Of a DNA stretch of 64,000 nucleotides, positions 9,362 through 18,985 are shown in pieces. The number at the start of each line of letters is the position of its first letter. The first letter of the stretch is position 1. Below the pieces are notes generated by a model. That model saw only the letters and a program-made list of their open reading frames with translations, was not told where the DNA came from and ran no database searches. The position numbers and the translations under genes are program-made. Source of the DNA: Candidatus Woesearchaeota archaeon (GTDB taxonomy: Archaea; Nanobdellota; Nanobdellia; Woesearchaeales; WJKB01); assembly GCA_014729345.1 (NCBI GenBank), contig WJKB01000056.1:71-64070 (forward strand). The letters run 5' to 3'.

Positions 9362-11134
9362 ATGACCAATATACTGTTCTTTGACATAGGCATTGTCCTT
9401 ATAATCGCCACTGCCATAGCCTACCTGGCAAAGCTTATCAGGCAGCCGCTTATCCCTGCATACATACTCACAGGAGTCATACTTGGGCCTGTGCTGGGCC
9501 TGATAACCAACACTGAAGTGATCAACATCCTTTCTGAGATAGGCATCGCATTTCTCCTGTTCATAGTGGGCCTTGAGATAGATATCAAGAGGCTTACCAA
9601 TGTTGCCCTGATATCATCCCTTGGAGGCTTTATCAGGGCTGTGATGCTGTTTACTGCAGGTTTTGTGATAGCGCTTACCCTGGGTTTCATCCCTGTGGAA
9701 GCCATATACATAGGCTTAGTCCTGGCGTTCTCCTCGACAATGATAGTGGTCAAGCTTCTGTCTGACAAGAGGGAGCTTGACACCCTTCACGCAAGGATAA
9801 TAGTGGGTATCCTGCTTATGGAAGACTTTTTGGCCATCGTAGCGCTGGCCATGCTGTCGACCCCTGTGCTCTCGATTCTCAGCATATTCATGGCCTTGGT
9901 GAAGGTTGTGTTCATCATACTTATAGCCCTCGTCCTCAGCAAGTTCTTCTTCCCCTATGTGTTCAAGTATGCGGCAAAAGTCCAGGAACTGCTGTTCCTT
10001 GCGGCGATAAGCGTGCTTTTTTTCTTTTCAGTGCTCTCCAAGTATGTGGGAGTGATACTTGTCTTCTGCCTGGAAAGATTTGTCGACCCAAGCATAATTC
10101 ACATGCTTGAGCCAGGACTTTCCATAATCATAGGAGCGTTTGTGGGAGGGGTTGTGCTTGCGAACATGCCTTATTCCTATGAGATAATCGGCAGGGTTAC
10201 GCCTCTCAGGGATTTTTTTGCCACGATCTTCTTCGTGAGCCTGGGCATGGGGCTGCTGGTCAGTCATGTCAAGATAATCATTGTGCCCCTGGTCATATTC
10301 CTGCTTTTCGTATTCCTGCTCAAGCCTTTTGTGACCATGTTCCTGTGCTCGTTTTTCGGGTACAAGAAACGACCAAGCTTCCTTACATCCCTCAGTCTTG
10401 CGCAGGTCAGCGAGTTCTCCCTGATCATAGTGACACAAGGGTATATCATGGGCCAGGTAAGCGGTATCATCATGTCTTTCACAGTACTGCTCACTGTAAT
10501 AACCATGATCGTCACAGCCTATCTTATACAGTTTGATGAGAAGATCTATAATCTGCTGTCCAAGAAGCTGTCTATCTTCGAAAAGATAGGGAACACCTCC
10601 TCAAACCTTGAGTTCATGCCAAAGAGGATCAAAACAAAGGTCATCCTTGTGGGCTACAACAGGATAGGATACAGCATATACAACAAGCTCAAGAAGCTCA
10701 GGAAAAAGAGCCTGGTAGTGGACTTCAATCCAGAAGTGATCAAAGAACTTATCAAGAAAAAGATACCTTGCTTATACGGAGACATAGGCGACAGGGAGAT
10801 ACTTGAAAGGCTTGACTTCAGGGACGTAGAGATGGTCATATCCACTGTACCTGAAAAGATAGACAACCTCAGGCTGCTCAAGCTGGTAAAAGAGGTCAAC
10901 AAGAAGGCTTTGGTCGTGGTCACTGCAAACCATGTAGAGGATGCCCTGGACCTGTATGATGAAGGAGCTGATTACGTCGTCCTGCCGCACTTCCTCGGAG
11001 GGGAGCACGTGTCGCTGCTCATAGAGGAGACCAGCGCAGACCTGAACCGGATGATCGAGAAGAAGCTGAGCCATATAAAAGAACTCAAGAAAAGGAAGGC
11101 AATGGGCCACAGGCACCCAAGCCACCATGATTAG
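9362..11134 (+). CDS. Kef-type monovalent cation:proton antiporter (CPA2) with C-terminal TrkA-N/RCK domain
   Basis: Twelve or more TM helices with the Na+/H+ exchanger signature (ILGPVLGLI..IGIAFLLFIVGLEID). The C-terminus has a Rossmann-type RCK motif (VILVGYNRIGYSIY...DFNPE...YGD). Confidence 0.85.
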   Translation: MTNILFFDIGIVLIIATAIAYLAKLIRQPLIPAYILTGVILGPVLGLITNTEVINILSEIGIAFLLFIVGLEIDIKRLTNVALISSLGGFIRAVMLFTAGFVIALTLGFIPVEAIYIGLVLAFSSTMIVVKLLSDKRELDTLHARIIVGILLMEDFLAIVALAMLSTPVLSILSIFMALVKVVFIILIALVLSKFFFPYVFKYAAKVQELLFLAAISVLFFFSVLSKYVGVILVFCLERFVDPSIIHMLEPGLSIIIGAFVGGVVLANMPYSYEIIGRVTPLRDFFATIFFVSLGMGLLVSHVKIIIVPLVIFLLFVFLLKPFVTMFLCSFFGYKKRPSFLTSLSLAQVSEFSLIIVTQGYIMGQVSGIIMSFTVLLTVITMIVTAYLIQFDEKIYNLLSKKLSIFEKIGNTSSNLEFMPKRIKTKVILVGYNRIGYSIYNKLKKLRKKSLVVDFNPEVIKELIKKKIPCLYGDIGDREILERLDFRDVEMVISTVPEKIDNLRLLKLVKEVNKKALVVVTANHVEDALDLYDEGADYVVLPHFLGGEHVSLLIEETSADLNRMIEKKLSHIKELKKRKAMGHRHPSHHD

Positions 11135-11405
11135 GATGTCTCAAACCACCAAAGAGCTGAAAAAGAAGGCAAAACTGCTGGAACCATTAGTAAGGATAGG
11201 CAGGGAAGGGCTTTCGCCTGGCCAGATATCTGAGATAATGCGTCAGCTCAGGCAGAAAGGCCTTGTCAAGGTAAAGATGCTCAAGGTTTACTACGCAGAC
11301 AAGGGGAGGAAACAGGCAGGCAAAGAGATCGCCAGCAAGACCGGTTCAGAGCTTGTCGATGTGGTAGGAGGCATCATAGTCCTGTCAAAAGAGACTGAGT
11401 CATAA
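11127..11405 (+). CDS. CRM-domain / YhbY-like RNA-binding protein
   Basis: LVRIGREGLSPGQISEIMRQLRQKGLVKVK... follows the YhbY/CRS1 pattern, and the size of about 90 aa fits. Confidence 0.7.
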   Translation: MIRMSQTTKELKKKAKLLEPLVRIGREGLSPGQISEIMRQLRQKGLVKVKMLKVYYADKGRKQAGKEIASKTGSELVDVVGGIIVLSKETES

Positions 11406-11500
11406 GGTTTATAAGCAAAAATAATATAAATGACAGGCGTATAGAGGAACATGACGAACATAAAGAAAAGATATGCTGTAGGGGCATAAGGTAAAAAAAG

Positions 11501-12922
11501 ATGGCAGATGATGAGTTACTTTTCATCAAAAAAGAGGACTATTTTGACAAGTATGATGAGGAAGTGATAGAAGAAGGACCCACAGACAGAGCCCAGATCA
11601 TCTCGACAGGATATCCCAAGCCTGTCCATAGATACAGGCTGGTACATGAGTCATTCCAGGCAAGCATTGAAGAGTCATATTTTTGGATACTGAATTACCT
11701 AAGGCATGACATGGGTTATGTCATGATAGACAAGATCATGGATGTGTTTGCAGCTTCTGAGCACAGCGCTTTCTTCGGCGTAGCCCAGCAAAGGGTTGGA
11801 CTGCAGCAGGACAAGGTTTCCCAGTTCCTGGCCACTATAGGAAAGATGGTCAAGGAGCTTTTTCAGCTGGTTAGGGAGTTGAGGATCCTTGACGAAAGGC
11901 TGCATTACTATTCAGACAGCTTTGACACTTCCAGCCCGAGCAGGCAGAGCGCTGAAATCACCCTGAAAGGGATATTTATCGATATGGTCGAGGGAGGTTC
12001 AAAGAATGCCGCCTCAGTGTATGGGATGGCAAGGGAGCTGCAGTTTGTAACCCTCCCTGACCTTTTCTTTTCCACAAACCCCCCCACTATAGAAGCTATC
12101 GACAAGTACGTGGATGAGCTTGACTTCAACGAGATGGTAAAACGTGTACTCAAGAGGAAGCTGAGGGCATTCATGGAATGGAAGTTCAGCACATACAAGG
12201 AGCTCAAGACCAGGAGGCTGTTCACGCTCAAGTACCTGAGGCAGCATTATGAGATCATCAGGCTTTACATGAACTGGGTCAAGCCTTATCTTAGGAACAT
12301 AGCCAGGCTCCAGTCTGAGAAGATGGAGCTCAGGAAATCCTCAACACCTGATCTCATAAGCGCTTTTGAGGGCAGCCTTGTCGAGATAGAGCTTATGGCA
12401 AGGGCAAAGGAGATGAATGTGGATGAGTGGTGGTCAACAGTGCTTGCCACGTTCGAATACAGGACAAGGCCGAGCATGAGCTTCCAGCAGGAAGGTTACC
12501 AGAGAGGACCCCTGCATGTCGGAGAGGTAAAGATAACTCTCAGGGGCTATGCCTGGAACGATGATGACGTAGACAACTACATAGCTTACAGGTCTGCTGA
12601 GGATTTTGAGCTTATAGGGCTTGTTGACGCGTCTGTCAAGGCAGCGCTGGAGGCTCTTGGAGACGAGCTGCTCAACTATCTCAAGGAAGCAGGGAGCACA
12701 TTCACTTCAGAAGGCAAGCTAAAGAAGCCTGTGGAGAAGCCAACATTGGGCCCAAAGGGGCTGATGAGAGAGATATTCGGAGCGAAAAAAGAGAGCAAGG
12801 GGAAAAAGGTATCGCCTTTCAGCCTTGAAAAACAGAAAAAGGCAGCATCATCGTTCGTAAAGAACAGTGTCTGGTACTGCTACAAGAACTACAAGAAGGC
12901 TCATAAGATGATGAGCTGGTAA
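11501..12922 (+). CDS. hypothetical protein (473 aa)
   Basis: Long ORF with coding-like composition. No motif recognised. Confidence 0.5.
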   Translation: MADDELLFIKKEDYFDKYDEEVIEEGPTDRAQIISTGYPKPVHRYRLVHESFQASIEESYFWILNYLRHDMGYVMIDKIMDVFAASEHSAFFGVAQQRVGLQQDKVSQFLATIGKMVKELFQLVRELRILDERLHYYSDSFDTSSPSRQSAEITLKGIFIDMVEGGSKNAASVYGMARELQFVTLPDLFFSTNPPTIEAIDKYVDELDFNEMVKRVLKRKLRAFMEWKFSTYKELKTRRLFTLKYLRQHYEIIRLYMNWVKPYLRNIARLQSEKMELRKSSTPDLISAFEGSLVEIELMARAKEMNVDEWWSTVLATFEYRTRPSMSFQQEGYQRGPLHVGEVKITLRGYAWNDDDVDNYIAYRSAEDFELIGLVDASVKAALEALGDELLNYLKEAGSTFTSEGKLKKPVEKPTLGPKGLMREIFGAKKESKGKKVSPFSLEKQKKAASSFVKNSVWYCYKNYKKAHKMMSW

Positions 12923-12923
12923 G

Positions 12924-13535
12924 ATGGCTGACCCGTTTGATGAACTAACAGAGCTTTCACCAGAAGAAAGGATAAGGAAGCTCAAAGAGATTGAAGATAA
13001 GAACAAGGCTGAGATAGAGAAGGCAGAAGAGCTGATAAAAGAGAGCAAACAGGAGATCAAAAGGGAGCATGAGAAGCTTGAGAAGATTCCCATACCCCAG
13101 CTCAAGGCTGTGGATGTAGACTCCCTCTTCAGCGCAGAAGAGAAGCAGATATTTGAGACAAAACGGTTTGCCAGGACGCGCAGGCCTGCAGGAGTCCAAG
13201 GTCAAAAGCCCGGGAAAGATGGGCAGAAGAGGCTGGAGGAAATGGCCAGGGAGGCGCCTGTCCTGAGCGAGGAGCAGATCAATGCCCAGAAAGAGTATTT
13301 TTCCAAACAGCCCACCAAGGTCCTTTATGAGACCGTGGCAGGCATCTATAATGAGGTGAAGGCCCAGGAGAGGGAGATGACTGAGGAGGAGAAAGCAGCT
13401 GCCTACCAGATCGACCAGGAGATGGACAAGAGGGCTGAGATGATCGAAACCGGCACCTACAAAGGCACAGGCGAGGACGTGCAGGATATGCTTGATATCG
13501 GCAAGAACATCATCAAAACATTGTATAGAAAATGA
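12924..13535 (+). CDS. hypothetical coiled-coil protein (203 aa)
   Basis: Start 2 bp after the previous stop (operon-like). Highly charged E/K-rich heptad composition. Confidence 0.45.
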   Translation: MADPFDELTELSPEERIRKLKEIEDKNKAEIEKAEELIKESKQEIKREHEKLEKIPIPQLKAVDVDSLFSAEEKQIFETKRFARTRRPAGVQGQKPGKDGQKRLEEMAREAPVLSEEQINAQKEYFSKQPTKVLYETVAGIYNEVKAQEREMTEEEKAAAYQIDQEMDKRAEMIETGTYKGTGEDVQDMLDIGKNIIKTLYRK

Positions 13536-13607
13536 CAGCCAAAGTGATAGGGCAGGAAAACTATGCCAAAGGTACAGAAGATATGATGACATGACCAGGA
13601 GCAGAAG

Positions 13608-15641
13608 ATGATATTTGATACAGCATACTATCACCCGATGGACAGGGATTACCACCCTGAACCCATAGAAGGGGCAGGCGTGAAGGATGTAGGTATGAGT
13701 GTCCCTCTTGGCATAGCAGCAGGCGATGTCCACGGTGTCGCTGCAAAGATAAGGAGCGGAGCGGGCAGCCTTGAGATAGGTTTTCCAGGAGCTGTGCGAG
13801 GACAGAGGCAGCAGCAGACCCCTGGGATGTGGGGGTTTGAGCAGAGACAGGCCCTTAGAGAGATGGCTGATGTCAACAAGGTTAACCTCACCACCCATGC
13901 AAGCTATGGGATAGGAGGCATGGCTGGTCAGGACCAGCAGGGAAATTTCTCAGATGAGTACAGGAAGACAGCTGTTGATGAGATCAAGCGGGCTATCGAG
14001 TTTGCAGCAGACGTGGCAAAAGGAGGAAGCGTTGTCGTCCACACAGGAGAGTATATCAGGCCCATCAGCGAGGAACCCTGGGCTGCGCAGGGAAAGCTTT
14101 TCAAGCAGTATGAGGAAGAGCCTGAAAGGGCTATTGTAAGGCTGGTGGACGACAGGACAGGACAGGTGCTTCAGCAGATAAGGAAGAACCAGATAGTTGC
14201 AAGGGCTGTCTGGAACAAGTCTGACAGGGATTTTACCTATGTTTCAGAGGTTGACAATCCGGAGATAGGAGTCAGGAAAGGCGATAATGTCCATGTACGA
14301 AAGGGGGACTATATCGATTATGAGAACAAGAAAGTCTCTTTTGACCAGAGGGTCCCTGAGTACAATCCAGAGACCAATTCTTTCAATATCACCCGTCAGA
14401 CATGGGATGATTTTGTCGAGGAAGCAAGGATCAGGAACGAGCAGCTTGCAAGAGAGAGAAAGGTCACGGTCAGCCAGCTGAGAAGCCTTTATCCTGATGA
14501 GTACAGGACTCCTGAAGAGGCTTTCATGGCAGCTACGACCGAATCGCAGGAAAGGGTGGCTCTGGGCTGGGCTGGGCAGTACTCGCGGACGCTGAAGGAC
14601 AACTTCAAGAACCTTGAGATGGTGAAAAAGGCGAAAGATTATTGGGATAAGCTGGAAGCCAGCATACCTGAGGATGAGAAATGGAAGATTATGGAAAGGG
14701 ACCAGCCAATGCTGTACGGAGCATTGGGCAAGGTCGCAGAGTTTCTTCCCAAGTCAAAGGGCGCAAAGACGCCTTCTGAGCTTCTGGATAACGCTATGGA
14801 AGAGCTTCGGAACGAGATAAAGAACGAGAGGGAGATGGTCACAGGCCAGTTGGAAAATGCTGAGACACAGAGGATACTGCGTGACCATGCTGTGAGCGCG
14901 AGAAAGTACGCACTTAAGAGGTCATATGAGAGCTATGCTGATGCAGGCATGCACGCCTTTTACCAGACGCAGGCAAAACGTACTGAGAAGCCCCTGATTA
15001 TCACCATGGAAAATATATTTCCCGAGCAGTATGGAGGCCATCCTGAAGAGCTGAGGGATCTTATCTATGGAGCTAGAAAGCAGATGGCAAACAAGCTTGC
15101 GAAAAAAGGGTATTCTGAACAGGAGGCTGAGAAGATCGCTGCCAACCATATCAAATGCACCATAGACACAGGCCACATGAACATGTGGAGGAAATACTGG
15201 CAGGGCTCTGACAAGGAATTTGACAAGTGGTTCCTTAAAGAGTCAGAAGAGCTGGCAAAAGAGGGGCTGATAGGCAATGTCCACCTCACTGACAACTACG
15301 GATATCAGGACGACCATCTTGCTCCCGGCCAGGGGAACACGCCTGTCAGGGCATTTGTTAAGGTCCTCAAGAAGCATGGCTATGACGGCGCTATGACAGT
15401 GGAGCCAGGAGCAGACGCCTCAACAGACCTGGGAGATTTCCACGGCCTTGCAAAGACCTGGAGATATTTTGGCAGCCCTGTCTACGGCCTGGCCTCTCCC
15501 CACAGGGTAGGGGCTCCTGCAAGGAACTGGACAGACGTCCAGTACGGTTATTTCGGGCGGACCTATCCGCCGTATTTCATATTCGGCGCATACAGCCCAT
15601 CAAACGACTGGCAGCTGTGGTCAGGAACCCCTATGGAATAA
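13608..15641 (+). CDS. xylose isomerase-like / AP endonuclease 2 (Endo IV-like) TIM-barrel protein with about 350-aa insertion
   Basis: Metal-site motifs of the AP endonuclease 2 family: CTIDTGHMNMW and NVHLTDNYG...DDHLAPGQG...VLKKHGYDGAMTVEPG. The N-terminal barrel part (LEIGFPG...THASYG) is separated from the C-terminal part by a long charged insertion. Confidence 0.55.
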   Translation: MIFDTAYYHPMDRDYHPEPIEGAGVKDVGMSVPLGIAAGDVHGVAAKIRSGAGSLEIGFPGAVRGQRQQQTPGMWGFEQRQALREMADVNKVNLTTHASYGIGGMAGQDQQGNFSDEYRKTAVDEIKRAIEFAADVAKGGSVVVHTGEYIRPISEEPWAAQGKLFKQYEEEPERAIVRLVDDRTGQVLQQIRKNQIVARAVWNKSDRDFTYVSEVDNPEIGVRKGDNVHVRKGDYIDYENKKVSFDQRVPEYNPETNSFNITRQTWDDFVEEARIRNEQLARERKVTVSQLRSLYPDEYRTPEEAFMAATTESQERVALGWAGQYSRTLKDNFKNLEMVKKAKDYWDKLEASIPEDEKWKIMERDQPMLYGALGKVAEFLPKSKGAKTPSELLDNAMEELRNEIKNEREMVTGQLENAETQRILRDHAVSARKYALKRSYESYADAGMHAFYQTQAKRTEKPLIITMENIFPEQYGGHPEELRDLIYGARKQMANKLAKKGYSEQEAEKIAANHIKCTIDTGHMNMWRKYWQGSDKEFDKWFLKESEELAKEGLIGNVHLTDNYGYQDDHLAPGQGNTPVRAFVKVLKKHGYDGAMTVEPGADASTDLGDFHGLAKTWRYFGSPVYGLASPHRVGAPARNWTDVQYGYFGRTYPPYFIFGAYSPSNDWQLWSGTPME

Positions 15642-15645
15642 GAAG

Positions 15646-16188
15646 GTGAATATCAAGATGCTGAAATCAAGACTAAACGTGATAAAGCAGGAATATGACA
15701 GTTTTTACAAGGCTCTTTTGAGCAGAGGGAAGCTTCCTGCCAAAGACACTGGAAAAGGTTACTGGGGAACTGCAGACCCTGAGGAAGTATTTACGCTTTT
15801 CCAGGAGTTGAAGCTGCAAAGTTACAGGAGCTTCCTGGACCTGGGAAGCGGCGATGGAAAGGTTGTCATGATAGCCTCGCTTTTTACCAGGGCAGCAGGC
15901 ATCGAATATGACCAGGAGCTCCACGAAAAGGCTGAAGAGATAAGGAAAAGGCTTTCTTTAAAGGCAAAACTGATAAGAGGGGATTTTTTTGGGCATGACC
16001 TCTCAAAGTATGATATCATATTCATATTCCCTGACAAGCCGATGAACAGGGGGCTGGAGAAGAAGCTCAAGAAGGAGTTTAAGGGCAAACTTGTGCATTA
16101 CGGCTTTCATTTCCATCCCAGGAAACTTAAGCTTGAGAAAAGGCTGCAGGTAAAGGGAAATCTTGTCAGCGTCTACTGCAACAGTTAG
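15646..16188 (+). CDS. small SAM-dependent methyltransferase-like protein
   Basis: Glycine-rich motif LDLGSGDGKVVMIASLF resembles SAM-binding motif I. Confidence 0.4.
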   Translation: MNIKMLKSRLNVIKQEYDSFYKALLSRGKLPAKDTGKGYWGTADPEEVFTLFQELKLQSYRSFLDLGSGDGKVVMIASLFTRAAGIEYDQELHEKAEEIRKRLSLKAKLIRGDFFGHDLSKYDIIFIFPDKPMNRGLEKKLKKEFKGKLVHYGFHFHPRKLKLEKRLQVKGNLVSVYCNS

Positions 16189-16280
16189 TTCTGTTTTTTT
16201 GATATTATTGTTTCTTTTGACAGCTTGTTTCTGTAACAGTGTACCTGTTCAGGGGGTGCGCTTTTGTCGTATTTTTGATC

Positions 16281-16890
16281 TTAGTTTCTGCTGTATAGCG
16301 CTGCAGGGTCAGCCAGTCCAGGCCTTATCCTATATTCCATGTCCAGAGCAGGATCATCCCTTCCAAAGCTTTTGGCCGACAACACAGAATCCTGACAAAC
16401 ATTATCCTGAGCCAGCTGCATGTGGCGGCTCTTCTGCTGAGAAACTGCTTTCTGATGCTTCAGATAATCTGAACCAGGGCTGTAGCCTATGGAGGTGGAA
16501 CTGACAAGAGCATCGGTATTGTATGTTTGGGAAGCCCCGTACATCCTTGATACTGCCTGCGCTGCAAATGCTGCGTATGTCATCCTTGTCATCCTCCGGC
16601 TTACATCCTCATGGGCTGCATGCTTGTATCATAAGTATATTCCTCAGGCTGCATCTTCTTTTTCTCATATATTCTATAGGGTTCCTGCTTCCAGGTATGC
16701 CTACATTTCCCATGTTATGATTCAGCACGTTATGGTACATCTTAAGTACAGGTACCAACAGGTTGCGCAGCTGGTCCAAACATGGTTGGTACTGTTTCAG
16801 GATTCCGTGCCCTGTATCCATCATCCCTGGTTTTTGTGCCGTCATAATCACCTCATCAGTCACAGTAATGCGCCAAAACATTCCTGTCAA
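16281..16890 (-). pseudogene. possible degraded or frameshifted gene remnant (two adjacent minus-strand ORFs 16281-16592 and 16609-16890)
   Basis: A 650-bp region between two good genes, with only short overlapping ORFs on both strands and no motif. Confidence 0.15.
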
Positions 16891-17881
16891 TGCTCAGCTC
16901 GCATGAAGCTATCTCTCTGAAAGCCTGCATAGCCTCTTTTCCCCCTGCTATGACCTCCTGCACAAAATCAGATGCCTTGTCATGGATGTTGTTCTTTGCA
17001 GGCCTGTGCTTCAGCCTGATGCTTTTGCCTATGCCTGCTATGTCATGCTCTTTTATTGTTTTCATCCATGCTTCTGCAAAGGCGAACGCTTTTGCCTCCT
17101 CATCCTTCTTGTTTTTCAGTGTAGGGCTTATGCAATGCCCTATCTCATGCCCTATGGTCAGCAGAAGACTGTCAAGATCATCCTCAAGGACGAAAATATC
17201 TGAAGGCCTGGGCATCCTGTTAACAGCAAAACCCCTGATGCTTGGGTGAAAACTGCCTCCGCATGCTTCATGCGCCTTTTCAAGCTCTTGCATTCCAAGG
17301 ACATGTATGCTTATGAACGCTTCTGGAAGCTCCCTTCCGGTGGTAAGCCTGAATACCTCTTTGACATGCTCCATAATCTCGCTTGAGTCTTTCACAAATT
17401 CTGAGTATTCTCTTTCAGGTGCAAGAAAGTTACCTGCATTGAAGTAGGCTTTTCCAGAAGAATCTCTCCTGCTGCGAAGATACAGGCCCTGAGAATAGTT
17501 TTCTTGGGGATCAGGACCATAGTCTCGGATAGGGGTGGGCTCTGCAGCCATCTGTACAGGCGCTGTATCTGCGGCATAAGTGTTGACAGCAGGACTTAAA
17601 GAGTAACCTGATGCTGATGCAGCCAGCGTGTCGATGCTATAGGTGTCTGCTCTGGAGTTGGTGTCTGCTCTGGAGTTGGTGTCTGCTCTGGAGTTGGTGT
17701 CTGCTCTGGAGTTATCTCCTGAAATATAACCCTCTGGACCGGACGTAAGGGTGTAATCAGCAGAGCCAGAGCTGCCATAACCTCCTTCAGCTGCAGCTCC
17801 TGTTATTCCGCCTGCCCCTGTGCAGAACTCTGCGCTTGCGCTTGGGCAATTGTAATGGTCTCCTCCGCACATTTTTATCAA
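16856..17881 (-). CDS. putative Zn-dependent metallopeptidase (HExxH) with N-terminal Gly/Ser-rich region and SRADTN x4 tandem repeat
   Basis: HEIGH motif inside TIGHEIGHCISP. Four perfect SRADTN repeats are encoded by a perfect 18-bp x4 DNA repeat at 17642-17713. Confidence 0.55.
   Translation of the reverse strand: MIKMCGGDHYNCPSASAEFCTGAGGITGAAAEGGYGSSGSADYTLTSGPEGYISGDNSRADTNSRADTNSRADTNSRADTYSIDTLAASASGYSLSPAVNTYAADTAPVQMAAEPTPIRDYGPDPQENYSQGLYLRSRRDSSGKAYFNAGNFLAPEREYSEFVKDSSEIMEHVKEVFRLTTGRELPEAFISIHVLGMQELEKAHEACGGSFHPSIRGFAVNRMPRPSDIFVLEDDLDSLLLTIGHEIGHCISPTLKNKKDEEAKAFAFAEAWMKTIKEHDIAGIGKSIRLKHRPAKNNIHDKASDFVQEVIAGGKEAMQAFREIASCELSIDRNVLAHYCD
17642..17713. repeat. perfect 18-bp direct repeat x4 (ggtgtctgctctggagtt) inside coding sequence
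   Basis: Read directly from the sequence. Encodes the SRADTN hexapeptide repeats. Confidence 0.9.
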
Positions 17882-18220
17882 GCCTATATTTTCCCAGATA
17901 TGACATAAATATCAACATACACTTCTATAAGACTCAGAGGTATTTAAATAAATCGAGGAAAGGGTAAACAGTTGTGGGACAAAAATGTCATAGGAAGAGA
18001 AAAAAAATCTTTCATGTTCTAATATCTTTCATAATCTCATCTACTCTAATCCTCTTTTAAGTTTCTCGAAATCTGCAATCATTGGAGACTTTTGGAGTTC
18101 GTAACGACCTCTACTAATCTTTTTTATTACGCCTAACCTAACGAGTCTGCTGATGCACACTGTTTGTATTCCCAAAAGTTATTCTGATTTATTAGAGGAA
18201 AAAAGATCCTGATTGATCTG

Positions 18221-18868
18221 TCATACCCCTAACTCTTTCAGCTTCCTGTGCAGTGTCTCGTATCTCAGCCCTATCTTCCTGGCTGTCTTTGAGACATTGC
18301 CGTTGTTTTCTTCAAGCGCTTTTGAGATATAGTTCTTCTCAAATCTCCTTTCTGCCTGTTTTAGAGTCAGAGGTGATTCAGGCAGCTCTTTCACTATATC
18401 CCTTGAAAGGTCAGGCACCTGCTTGTAGACCTCTTCCAGCTTCTTGGGGTTAAGTACAGACCTGTACTCATCCAAAGTGTGCTCGATCATGGAGGAGACT
18501 GCTTCCTGCCTCACGTACTCAGGTTTCTGCAGATGCTTCCTGAACCTTTCTGCATCTATGTTAAGTCCTTTTATAAGCCGATGTATGCTTCTTCTGTCAA
18601 GGCCGCTTATCTTTGCCACTGCTGAGATATTTCCGTAATGCGTTCGGAGCAGCCTAACGATATACTGCCTCCTGAACATATCCTTAGCTTTCCGGAAAGG
18701 CAGCGACGTGTCGATCTCAAAGTCAAGCAGAGGGCTCCTTTTGAGGCTGTCTGAGATATCCCCGGATATCTCCCTGATTGTCACCCCAAGGAACTTGTGC
18801 ATAGCCTCATCTACCATAGGCTTAACCTTCTCTTTTATTACCTTGTCAAGCGATACCTTGTCTGCCAT
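18221..18868 (-). CDS. DNA-binding protein with two tandem Fis-type helix-turn-helix motifs
   Basis: Two segments match the NtrC/Fis HTH consensus: HYGNISAVAKISGLDRRSIHRLIKGLNI and NNGNVSKTARKIGLRYETLHRKLKELGV. No receiver or AAA domain. Confidence 0.6.
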   Translation of the reverse strand: MADKVSLDKVIKEKVKPMVDEAMHKFLGVTIREISGDISDSLKRSPLLDFEIDTSLPFRKAKDMFRRQYIVRLLRTHYGNISAVAKISGLDRRSIHRLIKGLNIDAERFRKHLQKPEYVRQEAVSSMIEHTLDEYRSVLNPKKLEEVYKQVPDLSRDIVKELPESPLTLKQAERRFEKNYISKALEENNGNVSKTARKIGLRYETLHRKLKELGV

Positions 18869-18985
18869 ATGATCACATGCTATGACATAAAAGTCGCACT
18901 CATATATAAAGATTATATATTATTGTCCCCATTCAACAATAGTCAACAAAGTATTTATAGCTGATTACCACTTTTCAACACCAGA

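Noticed and set aside
12957-13898. 313-aa minus-strand ORF
   Set aside because: It is antisense to two well-formed plus-strand genes with a 2-bp junction, has leucine-rich low complexity and no start context.
16163-16920. Plus-strand ORFs of 113 and 143 aa
   Set aside because: They have low-complexity Cys/His-rich translations overlapping equally poor minus-strand ORFs. The region is more likely non-coding or a gene remnant.
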